A stretch of DNA of 62,870 bases, the filler included, from Reclinomonas americana ATCC 50394 (Eukaryota), in the NCBI GenBank assembly GCA_048213135.1. It is 4 parts of 2 records of this genome, joined end to end, with 100 filler letters (N's around TTAATTAATTAA, not from the genome) between each part and the next. Parts side by side here need not be neighbours in the genome. Positions count along the whole stretch, not along the records: positions 1 to 13,683 come from PS015208.1; 3 more parts are not named here. One strand, given 5' to 3'. Positions 1-13,783 of the stretch are shown here, one piece after another; position 1 is the stretch's first letter; every line of letters starts with the position of its first letter. The notes under the pieces were generated by a model. That model saw only the letters and a program-made list of their open reading frames with translations. It did no database searches and was not told the origin of the DNA. Position numbers and translations under genes: made by a program.

Positions 1-209
1 AGCGACTTGCACACGCAACTCTAAGTGAAACATCGTCGGGGAATTGTGCAAGCGCCACCACCAGCAGTGCCTCCTCCTCTTGCGCGTGGTTCTCCTGCGC
101 AAGCCGCCGGATGCGCTCAAGCAACTCTCCGGCCTTCATCTGAGTTTTGCAGAGGAAAGGTCGACATCGACCACAACTTGCCGTTATTTGAGACGTGTGC
201 GGAGAGAAG

Positions 210-3006
210 ATGACCGAGTGCTCCACGCGGCTGAGCCGATGGCGACGAGCCTTGTATCGCGTGCTGCGTGAATCACCACCTCTGCCGCCAGAGAACGAGT
301 TTGATCGACTTGCGCAGCTGCGTCAGCGGCGCCACGAGGCCGAGGATTTCGAGGACGAGGACTCGGATGCGGTGATCAACAAGAGGAGGCGACGCGAGGT
401 GGAGGACGACGAGGATGATGAGGAGGAGTCGAGTCGCATCGATGGCGTCTCGGGGTGGTGTCTGCGATGGCTGGCGCGCTTGGTCGCGCTGACGCAGTTC
501 GCGTTCATCACGCTGGCTGTGGTGCAGGCGCTGCAGGCGTCGATGGGTCCGCCGCTGACTGTCGCCGATGTGTTGGCCTATGGTGTGTTATCACTGCTCA
601 CACTATGGCGTGTGGCTCGTTCACTGATAACACACGCGCGCAGAGCATTCGGGACTGGAGATTTCCGTCGTCACCGTGTTCTCCGTCGAGTACGTGTTGC
701 GCGCTCTGGTCTCCTTCAACAGGTGCCGCTTCTTCCTGTCGCCACTCAACCTTATCGACCTCGGTGCCATCCTGCCGTTCTACTTGAGCTTCCTGCTGCC
801 GGACCTCGGTGTGCTGCTCGAATCGATGCGCGTTCTCCGAGTGCTTCGCGTGGTGCGTCTGCTGGCCAACGCCGGTCTTGGCCTCGGCCGCCAGGCACGC
901 AACGTGACGCGCGTCGTGCGGCGAGCCACCCCCGGCATCATTGTCGGCGTCTTCTTCTTCGTGGTCCTCTGTCTCATCAGCTCGGCGCTGATGTGGACTG
1001 TGGAGCGCGGAACGTACGAGTTGCGAGCTGTGTTTGTGCACAACAGAGGGGGCCAAGGGTTGAAAGCACGGCACGCTCACTCTTGCGTCCACTGTCGATC
1101 GAGCAGAACAAGCGTCCACGCGTGGGTCAGTTGTCTGCCGTGGGAGCCTACCAAGTGCAGCAAGTCACTGTTCTCATCGATTCCGGCCGCGATCTGGTGG
1201 TGCCTCGCCACCATTATGACGGTCGGCTACGGTGACATTTATGCACTGTCCTACGCTGGTCGAGTTGCGTCTTTTCATTCTCCAGATGGTCTTCGATTGT
1301 TTGTGCACCCCGACTGACACAACCGGCGTTGCAGGCTTTGACAGGAGTCATTGTGTTGGCGGGTATCCTCTCGATTGCGTTGCCGGTGGCCACAGTGTCA
1401 TCACACTTTGTCACGGTCACACAGCAAGTGGCCCGAGTTGCGTGTGCACGTGACGACACTCTGTGCTTTTTGGGGGAGTGGAAAAACTTATCTTTCGATT
1501 TCTTCGGCGGAGTGCAGGATCGAGCGCGCAAGCACGCCGAGGCAGTTCGGCGGGCTCGTGAGGAGGCCACCTGCGACGAGCATACGAGCGAAGTGATGAG
1601 TGGTCTGTCGCCAGTGTCGACATCGTCCATGTCGAGCATGTCACTGGGAGGCATTGGCGATCGCATGAGTTCGCACGCCGTCATGCCACGCTCACCAGTG
1701 GCTGCCGCGACGGTGCTGCCAGCCGACATGCTCGTGCTCACTCCACTGTCTGCCCATCAGTCGACGCCGGCAGCTTTCGCGATGCAAGACTCGCCCCTGG
1801 CCTCTGTGGCGTCAGCGATGACAGCCAAGTCGACAGCATCCGCAGCAGGAGAAGCTGCACAGCCGCCACCACCAACACCGCCGCCACCTGCACGGACGTA
1901 CAGCCCAGCCGAGTACTTTCTGCGAGAGTTGAACCAAGCCACGCTGGACGAGGTCTCCGCCATGCCCAAGCCCGTCAGACGACACACTCCTGCAGAGTAC
2001 CACGAGGCAGAGGTTGCGCGCGAGGCGGCGGCGAATGAGCCGCGTCCACCGCTGCGTCACTGGCTGACTCGGCGCTCGCTGCCGATGCACATGAAACCGG
2101 CGCTGGTTCGTCGACACACGGTGGCCGCCATTGACCGCATGCTCGGACAGCTGCAGCAGCGGCGACCTAGTGACCTGCAGGATCAGGGCCCTCTGGGTGT
2201 GGTTTGGGACAATGGTCCACACATTGTGCCACTGTATGGTGCTGAGGCGCACGATGACGACAGCGACGGTGACGACGAGTCGGAGAGCGACGGCGAGAGG
2301 CGCGTGGAGGATTTTGTGGCGCACGACAGTGTGTTTGCTGCCGACATTGACGAGTCACCGCTGGTGGATGTGGACGAGCGGGCCGGTCTGGTTGGCCGGG
2401 CAGAGTCTGTAAACGAGCCGCCGCCGCCGCGACGACTGTCGCGTGCGTCAACGCGGGAACGAATCCGGGCGATTTTCGTGGCCGACAGCGCCATGGCGAC
2501 AGACGACGAATTCCGCCACATTGACGTGGCTGTGGTTCACCACGCAGGTACTGAAGCACATCTGTAACTGTTGTTTGCGAGAGTGACGCACAAAACACTA
2601 ATCACTTCTTTCTTTTCCATCCTGCGCAGGTCCTGCGTCGTACTCGCACAACACGCTGCAGGTGCGCGGCTCGACCACCGCCGCCGAGTTGGCACGTCGG
2701 TTTGCCGTGCAACAGTTTTGCGATATCAATGGTTTCGAAATCCCCCACGCCGCGACAGTTCTCGATCTGTTGCGCGCCACTGTGGACGACGAAGGCTTCT
2801 GTGAATCGCCAGTGGTGTTGGTGGTTCCGGAAGAGCGTCGACCAATGACAGTCAAGAGCGTGTACAACGAGGCGCTGAACGAATCCCTTACTTCCTCGTC
2901 GGAGTCGGAGTCGGCGTCGGCGTCGTCACCAACCAGCAGCGACGACGAGCGCGACAATGAGGGAGACGATAAGCGAGTAGACGCAAGGCAGTCGTCGACA
3001 CCGTGA
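210..3006 (+). CDS. Voltage-gated potassium channel (6TM Kv-like), spliced; long low-complexity C-terminus
   Basis: S2 EYVLR, S3 PLNLIDLGAILPFYL, S4 RVLRVLRVVRLL, pore SIPAAIWWCLATIMTVGYGD, S6 ILSIALPVA. Inferred introns 583-643, 1020-1106, 1264-1334, 1437-1517 and about 2548-2629 join the frames. Stop TGA at 3006. Confidence 0.9.
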
Positions 3007-3111
3007 AACATAAACGAAAACAATTTTGATTGCAAAACTTACTACTTACTTACTGCTTGCTGCTCTCTCTCTCTCTCTCTGTCGCACTGTGTTCAACTGT
3101 ACATAAATCTG

Positions 3112-6100
3112 TCACTTGTCGAGCGCCGACTGACTTCGTCGGTGTCCGTGATGCGATCCCGACGAGGCAGCCGCCGACGACCGTCGCCGTGAGCCTCCCA
3201 ACGGCGGCACAATGTCGGGTCGCCGAGGTGGAATTGGTGACTCCAGTGGCGTCAAGTCGATCTCCATGTCGCTATTGTCACCACCTCGATACCACCCTGC
3301 ACAACCGGTGTGATGAGTTGCTCCATTCTCGCAATCAACGCCACATCGACACTCACCATCTGCAGTACCCGTGCTCTCCGACATGCCCGACAGTGAGCGG
3401 TGTGAGACGGTGCTGTTTTCGCGAGCTGCCGATCACGCGTGTCAGTCCTCCTCACACGGGAACGCAAAATCACACGCATGTCGAAACGCAGTCACGTACC
3501 ATACACCAACGATGCGTCGCTATCGCTGCCGAGGCGGTGATCCGTCGGCGACGTCTGGCTGGAACTGTTGGCTGGTGTCGTCTCCAAGAAGCCAGGCGTC
3601 GGTCGCACCTCGCGCAGTTGCTCCACGACTTGCGGCGTTGCTGTGCGTAGGAAGAAGGGGCGGTGAGCCGACAAAGTGTCATCCGAGTCACTCGTCAACG
3701 TGCGAAGCGGCGCAACTGTTTCTGCTCGAGTTGCTCGAATCCCCTGTCATGTTGCTCGGAGTAGAACGAGTGTTGTCCCACCCGGGACTCGACGGAAGAC
3801 TGGCCGACGCCGCCGACATGGACAGTGAGCGGTGATGACTGTCGCTCTTGTGTCGCCTCTTGCCGTCCAACATCGGCGGCGGTGAGCCCGAAGGCTGGTG
3901 CCGATCTCCTGTCGCCACTGCCGATTCCGACATGGGCATGCTCGTGCCGGAGGCTGCCGATGGCGAGTGTGGTGCCGAGTACCGATCCGGTGGTGTCAGC
4001 GTTGGACTGCGTGATCTGTCTCGCGAGGCTGACTTGCTGCGCCGCAACGAGCTCGGTGGCGTCACCGTCAAGCGAAAGCTCCCGGCGTCGTCTGTCGCTT
4101 GATTGATCCGCTGCGATGACGACGATGCCACCGACGAAGCCGCGGAGAGTGAGACAGGTCGCCCCCCAGCCGCAGATTGCGAAAAGTCAGCAGTGCTGCC
4201 TCCATCAGTGGCAGTCATTGGCTGCGAACGCGAGCTCAAGCGCGCCGCTGCTGTCGTGGACGTTGACGACGAATGCGCCGACGGAAGAGGCTGTGAGATA
4301 GTCAGCATGAGAATGTCAACAACAATGCAGGTGAAGCAAAACACACCACAGTCCACACAACTGTACGGTCGTCGGCGTGCTGCGACAGCGATGACACACT
4401 GCGCGCAGAGTGGCTCCGATGCACCACATCCTGCGAGCTACGCGCACTGCTGCGACCATCGTGTCGTCGTGGATCCCGATCCAAGTCCACCGGTGGCGAC
4501 ATGGCGCTGCTGGCGCGACTGGACGACTCACGCATCTCGCCGTGCACCGAGCGCTGCACGGATGCGCTGGATTCCTGCCGTGACGACAGCGAAGAGACGG
4601 CCATACTGGATTCACGAGTCTGGGTGGTAGACCGCGACGACATGGACGATGAGCGCGGCCGTCCGCCGACCAGCGGCATCACGTCCGAGTCGAGTGGACG
4701 CGTGTTGGAGGCGGCAATTGCACGATCCAAGTCAGCATTCGACAAGACAGCGGCAGAGGCTGTGTGCGCAGAGAAACTGCGAATGGTGCCGGTGGTTTCC
4801 AGTGGCGGTTTCATGAACGCCGGCGAAGCGCCGGCAGCAGCAGCACCACCACCAGAGGAGGAGGCATGCGCCGACGACATTGACACTGCGCTGGCACTCC
4901 GCGCACGATGTTGCGGCAGCAGTTCCGGCTGCGTGGCACCTTCACTGATACTCCGTCGCTGTACGGCGGCCGCCGCCGCCGTCGCCGCAGTCGTGGTAGG
5001 CGGAAGCGAGGAGGACGGCGTTGACGGCGATACTCCGGCTTCGCGACTGAACGCCGATGCGTGACTGTGGTGAGAGGCAGACGGCGACGAAGCCAGGGGA
5101 ATCTGCGAGCTGCTGCTCATCGTGCTGTATCTGCGTGCATCCACCTCACTGCAACGATGTCAGCCAATAATGGAAACACAAGGGCGCTCGAGTGATGAAA
5201 CAAGCAAAACGCACTTGGACAGCGAGTGGCTGTGGTGTCGGTGGCGGTGGCGACGTTCATCGCCGTCTTCATAGTCGTGCTCGTCATGGTGGCGGTGGTG
5301 GTGGTGGTGACGCTCGCGGTCCTCGCGATGACGCTCACGGCCGTTGGCGTCCGTGTGTTCGTGTCGGTGTCGGTGACTGCTGCTGCTGCTGACGCTGTGC
5401 CCGTCGCGATGTCGATGGCTTCGAGACGACGGAGTGGTGTCGTGCGGAGAGAGAACGCCCTCCTCGGTGCTTCGACTGGTGACACCCGCACGCATGCTGC
5501 TGCTGTGTGCCGACGAGATCGACGAGCTCCGGTGCTGACGATGACGGTGCTCCTCCCGCCGCGGTGACACCTCATCGCCCTCACGCAGTTCGCGAGCCTC
5601 GCGTGAGCTGCTCGGTCGTCGATGGCTGGACGACAAAGAGGAGGGTGGTGGAGGTGACAGATCAGGCGCGGGCACAGCCGATGAGGGTCGCCTGGTGTCT
5701 TCTCGATGCCGACGCTCTCGGTCGTCGCCCTCCTCGCGACGGCTGCTGGAGCGCGAGCTCACCGACGACCGCCGCCGCGGCATCGACGCATCATCTTCCG
5801 GTACGTCTGCATCACGCCGCCGATGTTGGGAAGACACAGTCGAGGAAGACGGATTCCGTGTGAGCGGTGTCAGGTCAATCTCCGGTCGTGAACTGCGACG
5901 CGGTGGTGATATCGGTGTCAGCGGTGTCGGCGGCAGTTGCGAACTCGACATCTCGCCGTGCCGGGACGACGGTCTCCTGTGGCGTCTCTCGTCCTCGTCA
6001 TCATACTGGTGGTGGTGGTGGTGGTGGCGGCTACTGCTGCGCACGGAGCCCGGCGATGACCGGCGACGGGGCGACGACGACGACAGAGCAGGTGACTGTG

Positions 6101-9100
6101 TGTATGACACATCGTCGTCTGTTCGCCGCGTCTCCGACGACACCGACATGGGCCGTGTGCGATCGCTGGACTGACCGTCACGGTGTCGACGCGAGTCGGA
6201 AACGGAGCTTGCTGACCGCCTGTGTTCCCGCTCTCGGTGATCTCGATCACGACGATGCCGACTGGAGCTGCCGTCGTCATACGATTCCGGTGATGCCATG
6301 AACGACCGCTCGTGCTGTGCTGACAACGACGACGACGAAGACCGATGGTGGTGTCCTCGTGAACGCGACGAGTCGACAGAGCGCTGGCGACGATGCTCTC
6401 CGTCGTCATTGGCGTCGCCGGTGTCGCCATGCCGATGACGATGTGAGGAGGACGACGAGCGGCGAGCGTGCCGTTCGCTAGTCGGTGGTGACACGTGCGA
6501 ACGAGTGTGTCGCGACGCCGAATCGTCGTCGGCGCGCGATCGACTCGACCGCGAGCCCCTCCGCTCGGCAATCTCATCCGCCGTCAGCGATGCCGGAATG
6601 CGCTGCGCAGACGGTGGTGGCACATCACGACTTGAAAAGTAGCCGCTCTCGTGTCGCGACGACCGTGTGGACGGAGAGGGCGCTGCGGGATGCGACTGCA
6701 GTGGTGGCGGTGGTGCCGGTGGTGGTGAGGTCGCCGACAACACAGGTAGCGCTGGCGGGTGCCTGTCGCCCACAGACAGCGAGCGCCGGCGACTGCTTCG
6801 ACTGTGTTCACTCTTGCGCGACGGCGACTCGGTGTCTCTGCGCGACGACGGTGATTTGCGCGACTCGGGCGCCGGAGATTCGACTCGTCGAGAGCTCCGT
6901 CTGCAGAGCGAAAGTGAGTACGCACTCTGTCATGTATGGCCAAGGCACAGTACTCGCCTCTCTGACGGCGGCGCTGGTGAGGCCACGTCGGCCGGAGTAT
7001 TTCGTCGACTGGCCGACATGGGGGGTTGCGCTGCGACAGCAGGCGAGGACATTGCCGAGGGAGGACCAGCGGTGGCCGGATGTGGTGACGGTGGACCATG
7101 CGACCACACCGAAGGTGCAGACAAGTAACGCGACGCTGGCGTCAGAAACGGAGTCGCAATAGCCGATGACCGCGAAAAACCGGGCGTGTGTGGCGAGGCG
7201 GTGGCCGAGAATGTTGGCCGGCTGCCATCACCGGGTTCGGGTGTGTGCCACGGTACCACCGTGCATGCCTGCAAATCTGCCACCGAGGAAGCAACGGTGT
7301 TTGAGAGTGACACACTCGCCAGTCAAGGATGCACTGTGTGGAGTGGAGATACATACCTTGAGCAGCGCGGCGCAGCGAGTCATCGAGGCGTGCCATGTCC
7401 ACGTCGCCAGAGTTTCCTGTACGGGGGCGGCCGAGTGAGTTGGCAGTGAAAAACGCATGCTGACTCGCTCCGCGAAATGTGTACCTGCTGCTGCGCGGAC
7501 GCGACTAAACGCGTCCAGCGCCGCATCGAGGTCCTCCTGTGCGTGCAGCACAAGGTCGCGCTGCTCTAGGTACTTGGACTTGAGTTGCCTGCAGCTCGCA
7601 CTGTCAGAAGGCTGTTGTGCGTCCTCGCGCGCTGCATGTCAACGCAACTCGTAAAGACGGCTCATTTCGGCTTGCTCCGTCTTGTAGCGCTGCGTGTGGT
7701 CAGCCAGAACATCCTGAAGCTTCACGATTTGCTCCTTCTTTGCAATGTAGCGGTACTTGAGCTCCCTGCACGTGCGCAGAGTCAGATCGAAAGACATGAA
7801 AAAATGTTGGGGTGGATGCCGCTGGCCGTCACAGCACGAAACTCGTACTTGCGCTGCGTGTCGAGATGATCGCGCGACGGTCGCTCCTGGCGCAGCGGGG
7901 CAGGCGGAACGAATGGACGCTCGCGGCTGCGCTTCAACTCCTCCAACAGGCGACGATTCTCCTCCTCCAGACGCTGAACCGTGGAATGCATCTCGCTTTG
8001 TCTGCGCGTCGCAGGTGGTGAGCAGGTGGTTTCTTGCTAGAAGAGCGTGAAGTGCATGGACGCAACAGTAGGCGACTCCGAGTGCTCTCCAGCTGCGAAC
8101 GCGGGAGGGGGGGGAGGTGAGCAACACTTGATTAAGGTCTCCTGGTTGAAGTCCGCAAAGAGGCACGCACCGCTTGCTGCACCTCACGGAGCTGCGCGGT
8201 GACTGCTGCGTGCTCCGTTCGCAACTGCTCGTACCGCTCCGACAGCAACTGCTTTTCGATTTCGACCTCCTTCCGACGGCCGTGCTCAGTGACCTCCGCC
8301 AGACGCACGTGCAGGAGACGCAATTCCTGCTCGAGAGTCGAGACCTTGGCATTGGAGACCTCCAGTGCGTCGGACTGTGGCGGTGGTGGCGAGGGCGGTG
8401 GAGACGCGTCGTCGTCGCCGAGTGCATCCACCTCCTCGGCGATCGACCGCTCGAGACGATCGACAAACTGCGACTGCATGCGCTCGAGAACTTGTCCGTG
8501 GGGAACGCCAGTCAGCGGCGATCGCAGGTTTCGGTAGCGCTGCGAAAGCAGACTGGATACTACCGACGCAGAGGTGCTCTTCTGTGGGCTCAAACCATTC
8601 GCCATGCCGTTCTGCGACTTGCGTCTGCTGGGTCCAGTTGCAGAGAATGACGACGCCGACGACGACTGCAGGTGTGAAGTAGGCTTTTGGGTAGTGCGCG
8701 AGGCCTTGACGGCATCGGTGGCGGCAGAAATGGCAAAATCCTGAGTCGCCGCCAACTGGTCCGACACAGCCATGCACACGGCCTCCAGCTCCCTGGAGAA
8801 GCAAGCCATTTAATTACAGGTAGGAAGCCAGTCGAAGAGCGCGGTGCATCACGCAACTTGTACTTGCCAAGCAACTCACGGTGCTCTCCCTCCACCTGCT
8901 TGCGTTCGTTCTGCGGGTTGAAAAAGTGAGCTGCCTGCACAGAAGAAGAAAAAAGAGAGGGGGTGGAACGCACTTGCAGCATGTTAAAGTCACTCTCCAG
9001 TGTGCGATACTCGAGTGTCAGCTGCCTGACGATCGAGTCGTGATACTCGCGAGTCACAACACTACTCAGCAACCCCGACGATGACGACTGCGAGACAGTG

Positions 9101-10322
9101 GGTGTGTCAGGCGTGAGAGAACAGACTTATGGATGAGCCTCGCACTCTCGAATCACACCTGCGACTCGGACAGCGTCTGAGGCGGAGGAGGCGGTGGTGG
9201 TGGTGGTGGTGGTGGAGGAGGAGATGGATGGGAGGGCGCAGGAGCAAAAATGGTGCTGGTGCTGAGATGGGTGTCAACGGCGTCGAGCACGTGCTTGAGT
9301 TTCCGCGTCCTCGCGGTGATGAGCTCGGTGCACGACAAAAATCGCGAGTCCTGTTGCGGTCGAGCACTGTGTGAGGCAGCGAAAGGGAAAAGAAGAGTTG
9401 CGCACACACGCAACATCAATGGCGTCCTCGTCGATGAGGAAAGAGTGTCGAGGAGACAAGGCGCGCAGTGGCAAATCATCCTCGCCAATCACCACGTCGC
9501 CAGTGAGCCGGCCCAGGGCTGTGCACGTGGCCAACAGGAGCTCATCCCGCTGCCGCAGACGCACGCGCAACGCGGCACACTCATGCTGCGCATGATCACG
9601 CGCTCGCTCCAACTGCCGAAGGTACGCCTCCATGTCGCCACTCAGCCCCGACCCCGATCGTCGCGGTGACACCTCATAAAATGGTGGCGGCTGTCCATCG
9701 TCTGCCGACTGCATCGACTGTCTTCGCCGCCCGTACGGCTCCTCGTTCGGTGGCGGCGATAGCGGCGGCGATGGTGGCGGTGACATGAGCGACGACGAGC
9801 TCACGTCGAGTCCACTGCTCAACATCGACGACGACAAGCCCGGCGGTGGTGGTCCGCGCGTAGCACCACCACCGCCAACACCACCATTGAAGAAGAGGCG
9901 TGATGATGAGGATGCCGATCCACGCAGAGGCTTGCTCGCCGACACCTCCGCAGGCTGCGCTCGACTCCGGCTGTGTGCCGAGATCGCCACCGACGACGGT
10001 GACAGCAGCGGTGCGGTCGCTCGCAACGATGCTGCCGATCGCTCGGGGTACTACGACCCCCCAGAACACATGAGTGAATGTTGTTTCTCATGAATCGGTA
10101 CACACACAGAGACACACATACCTCGCGTCGTTCACCAAGCGTCGATGATCGATGTGCGTGTCTGTGCTGGTTCATCAGCTGGCGATGAAGAGAGAGAAAC
10201 CAAAACTGACTCACCGATTCCAGTCGCTGCCACGAGACAGCATCGATGGCGATTGCGATGGTGGAGGAGGCTGGTGCTGGTGCTGGTGAGATGGGAGAGG
10301 AGTCTGCGCAGACGACGACCAT
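3112..10322 (-). CDS. Large multi-exon hypothetical protein: N-terminal coiled coils, then Ser/Arg/His-rich low complexity (may be more than one gene)
   Basis: Coiled-coil exons (LEQELRLLHVRLAE, EQIVKLQDVL, LYEQLKSKYLEQ) are linked by GT-AG introns such as 9351-9414, 8793-8857 and 7589-7648. Long open frames at 5160-6773, 4302-5144 and 3688-4356. No recognisable family. Confidence 0.5.
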
Positions 10323-11108
10323 CGTGGATCATTAATGTCGCCAAGCCATGGATCGCTAAACATTCCCCGAGCCTCCCCAAGCTCTGTGTGTGTGAGTCTC
10401 TCTCACACACAGACAGATGTGGGCACACAGGTGCAGCAGGCGTGCAGAAAAGGAAGAAAACAATCCGAACGAAAGTGGTGTCATCCAACGGCTTCACGCG
10501 ATGTCACGTGCGCTCATCACGGATACGATTGGAAACGCACGGATGGGAAACGGTGCGTGTTGTGCGTGTCACGAGGGAGGCCGGAGTTTCGCGAACGTAC
10601 CTTGCACTCTCGCACTTGAATCTACGTATTGACACCTCTCGTCGCACACGACGAATTTGAAAAAAACTGACCGTTCGACTTCACGCGCGCGATTCATGCA
10701 TGCAGCGCTGGCCAGCTGCTGGTGTGCGCAGCCAGGTGGCATAAGATAGGTGAACTACGAGATCTACAGAGTGAGTTGCATAGTGCGGCTGAGGAACCCG
10801 GGTTTCCAGAGGCCATGTCGACGTCGACGTCGTCACAATGCAGCTTGGCGGATTGCACACAGAGAGGTGTTCACATGATAGGGCAGTCGAGCAGGCACCA
10901 AGCTTGCAAGGCGTCGCAGGCTGCAAGCAGTTTCAGCGGATGCAAAGTGCTCGACGTCGACGTCGATGGCGAATTCGAAGTCTTCTGCGGCGGATCCATG
11001 CTCTCGGTCTGCAAGAAAAGTCGGAGGCGTCTGCGAATGAAGTCAACACTGTACTGTGCCTTCTCAGCCACGAGAGCATGCAGGACTTTCGGTCACGCAC
11101 TCAATCCA

Positions 11109-13402
11109 ATGATCTCCGTGGAGAAGTTCCTCAGCGATGTCAGCAAGCGCCGCCAGCCATCGGCCATTCGCGCGCTGATGCCGCTCGTCAAGCTGCCTGG
11201 TACACTCGCACGCACACGCACACACACGCACACGCCATGTCACACACTCTCACACTCACACTCTACTCTCACAGGCATGTTGTCACTGGGCGGTGGCCTT
11301 CCCAACCCGGAGACCTTCCCCATCGCTGGTCTGACCATCACTCTCAAACCGGAGTGCGTTCCGAGTGGAGGTGCCACACAAGTGGAGGTGGCTCCGGAGC
11401 ACGTGCGCGATGCATTGCAGTACTTTCCCACAGAGGGCTTCCCTCCGCTCGTCAAGTGGCTGCGAGAGGACTACATTCCCGAGTTCCACGGTCGAGGCGC
11501 TGGTCAACCACTATCCAAGGGTGTGTGTGTCTCTCTCTCTTGGTGGAAGATGCACACATTCTCCTCAAACTGTGTGTCAGAGTTTGGTATCTGTGTGACG
11601 ACGGGATCGCAGGATGCACTGACGATGAGCTTCAGCATGCTGCTGAATGAGCGTGACAGTCTGCTGGTGGAGGATCGTTGCGTTGCTCTCTCACCACCGC
11701 ATTTGCCGCCGAGTGTTGTTGTTGTTGTTGACGTGTGCGAGAGCGCAGCGCTGTACTCGGGCTCGCTCTCCTACCTGCGACCACTGAATGCACATCTGGT
11801 GGGTGTGCCGACCGATGCCGATGGACTGGTGCCGGAGGAGCTGGAGCGTATCTTGGCGAACTTTGAGGAGCTGTACCCGGGCGAGCGATTCCCGAAGGCG
11901 CTGTACTTGGTGCCGACGGGCAGCAATCCCTCTGGCGGCACGCTGTCGCGTGAGCGGCGGCAGCGCGTGGTTGACCTGGCCAAGCAGTTTGATATTCTAA
12001 TTCTGGAGGACGATCCCTACTTCCACCTGCAGCTCGACACGAACAGCGAGTTGCGTCGATGCGCTGGAACGGGAGCGGCGAAGCTGCCACTCGTAATCAC
12101 GAATGTGTGTGCAGATCGGAGCCACTTCCCAGCTTGTTCTCGTTNNNNNNNNNNNNNNNNNNNNNNNNNNNNNNNNNNNNNNNNNNNNNNNNNNNNNNNN
12201 NNNNNNNNNNNNNNNNNNNNNNNNNNNNNNNNNNNNNNNNNNNNNNNNNNNNNNNNNNNNNNNNNNNNNNNNNNNNNNNNNNNNNNNNNNNNNNNNNNNN
12301 NNNNNNNNNNNNNNNNNNNNNNNNNNNNNNNNNNNNNNNNNNNNNNNNNNNNNNNNNNNNNNNNNNNNNNNNNNNNNNNNNNNNNNNNNNNNNNNNNNNN
12401 NNNNNNNNNNNNNNNNNNNNNNNNNNNNNNNNNNNNNNNNNNNNNNNNNNNNNNNNNNNNNNNNNNNNNNNNNNNNNNNNNNNNNNNNNNNNNNNNNNNN
12501 NNNNNNNNNNNNNNNNNNNNNNNNNNNNNNNNNNNNNNNNNNNNNNNNNNNNNNNNNNNNNNNNNNNNNNNNNNNNNNNNNNNNNNNNNNNNNNNNNNNN
12601 NNNNNNNNNNNNNNNNNNNNNNNNNNNNNNNNNNNNNNNNNNNNNNNNNNNNNNNNNNNNNNNNNNNNNNNNNNNNNNNNNNNNNNNNNNNNNNNNNNNN
12701 NNNNNNNNNNNNNNNNNNNNNNNNNNNNNNNNNNNNNNNNNNNNNNNNNNNNNNNNNNNNNNNNNNNNNNNNNNNNNNNNNNNNNNNNNNNNNGGACACG
12801 GAGGGTCGAGTGTTGCGCTTCGACTCACTCAGCAAGGTGCTGTCGGCCGGCATGCGCATCGGCTGGGTCACCGGTCATCCGACACTGATCGAGCGCATCA
12901 ACTTGCACTACCAAAGCTCGTCGCTGCATGCGTCCGGCGTCAGCCAGGCCGTGGCAGTGACCCTGTTCCAAGCGTGGGGCATTGCCGGTTTGCGTGAGCA
13001 CGTGGCCCGTGTGCAGGCGTTCTACAGGGCGCGACGTGATGCGTTCCTGGCGGCCGCCGAGCGACAGCTGACGGGCCTGGCCGAATGGGCCCCACCACGT
13101 GCCGGCATGTTCGGTCCGTGTGCGCGCCTGTGTATCGCCCCTTCCCACTCTCACGTGCACTCCCCCCTGCAGTGTGGCTCCGTCTGCTGGGAGTGGAGGA
13201 CTCGCGCGAGGTGATCCGCACACATGCACGCGAAAAGAAGGTTCTGCTGGTGCCAGGGCAGGAGTTTTCGGCATCGGATCGCAAGGGCCCGTTCGTGCGT
13301 GCCTCGTTCTCGCTGCTTGACGCGTCGCTCTTCGATACCGCGCTCGAGCGATTGGCCGAGGTGATTCGCGAGGCCGGCTCTGCCGCCAGTGGATCGTCGT
13401 GA
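11109..13402 (+). CDS. Class I/II PLP aminotransferase, kynurenine/2-aminoadipate aminotransferase (AADAT/KAT2/ARO8)-like
   Basis: Motifs SLGGGLPNP, VTTGSQDAL, EDPLYSG, YLVPTGSNPSG, ILEDDPYF, and the PLP-lysine motif DSLSKVLSAGMRIG. Contains the N-gap 12144-12793. Confidence 0.9.
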
Positions 13403-13727
13403 ACGATGATATGCAGGAGAGTGCGTGAGTGTTGTGTGAAGCTGACAATGGAGAATACCTCCGGCCCGAGACTCTGTTTGGGCAGCGAGCGATGTGGTGG
13501 TCGAATGCTCCGTGGGCAAGCGAAGAAGTGTGCATTTTCGTTCAATTCGTATCGAAAGGGTGACGAGAGAGCGCGCGATCATCGCTTTGGACACACACAA
13601 GTCGCCACGCCAACGCGCGCGCGCTCTCTTCTCTCGCTCTCTCACACACGCACACGCACGCACGTGCTGCTCTCTTGCTCTCTNNNNNNNNNNNNNNNNN
13701 NNNNNNNNNNNNNNNNNNNNNNNNNNN

Positions 13728-13739
13728 TTAATTAATTAA
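13728..13739. other. Artificial scaffold linker TTAATTAATTAA (stops in all frames) inside an N-run
   Basis: Identical 12-mer flanked by about 44 Ns; also at 27920 and 54755. Confidence 0.9.
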
Positions 13740-13783
13740 NNNNNNNNNNNNNNNNNNNNNNNNNNNNNNNNNNNNNNNNNNNN

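Noticed and set aside
3000-10700. Many long overlapping antisense ORFs
   Set aside because: These are expected shadows of GC-rich, low-complexity coding sequence.
11670-11755. Reading GTTGCG introns as non-GT introns starting TT, with the boundary slid by 1 nt
   Set aside because: Sliding changes the conserved EDP to EDR here and loses the terminal AG. GT-AG is the better fit.
13728-13739. Palindromic TTAATTAATTAA occurring three times
   Set aside because: It is always centred in N-runs, so it is an assembly spacer with stops in all frames and not biology.
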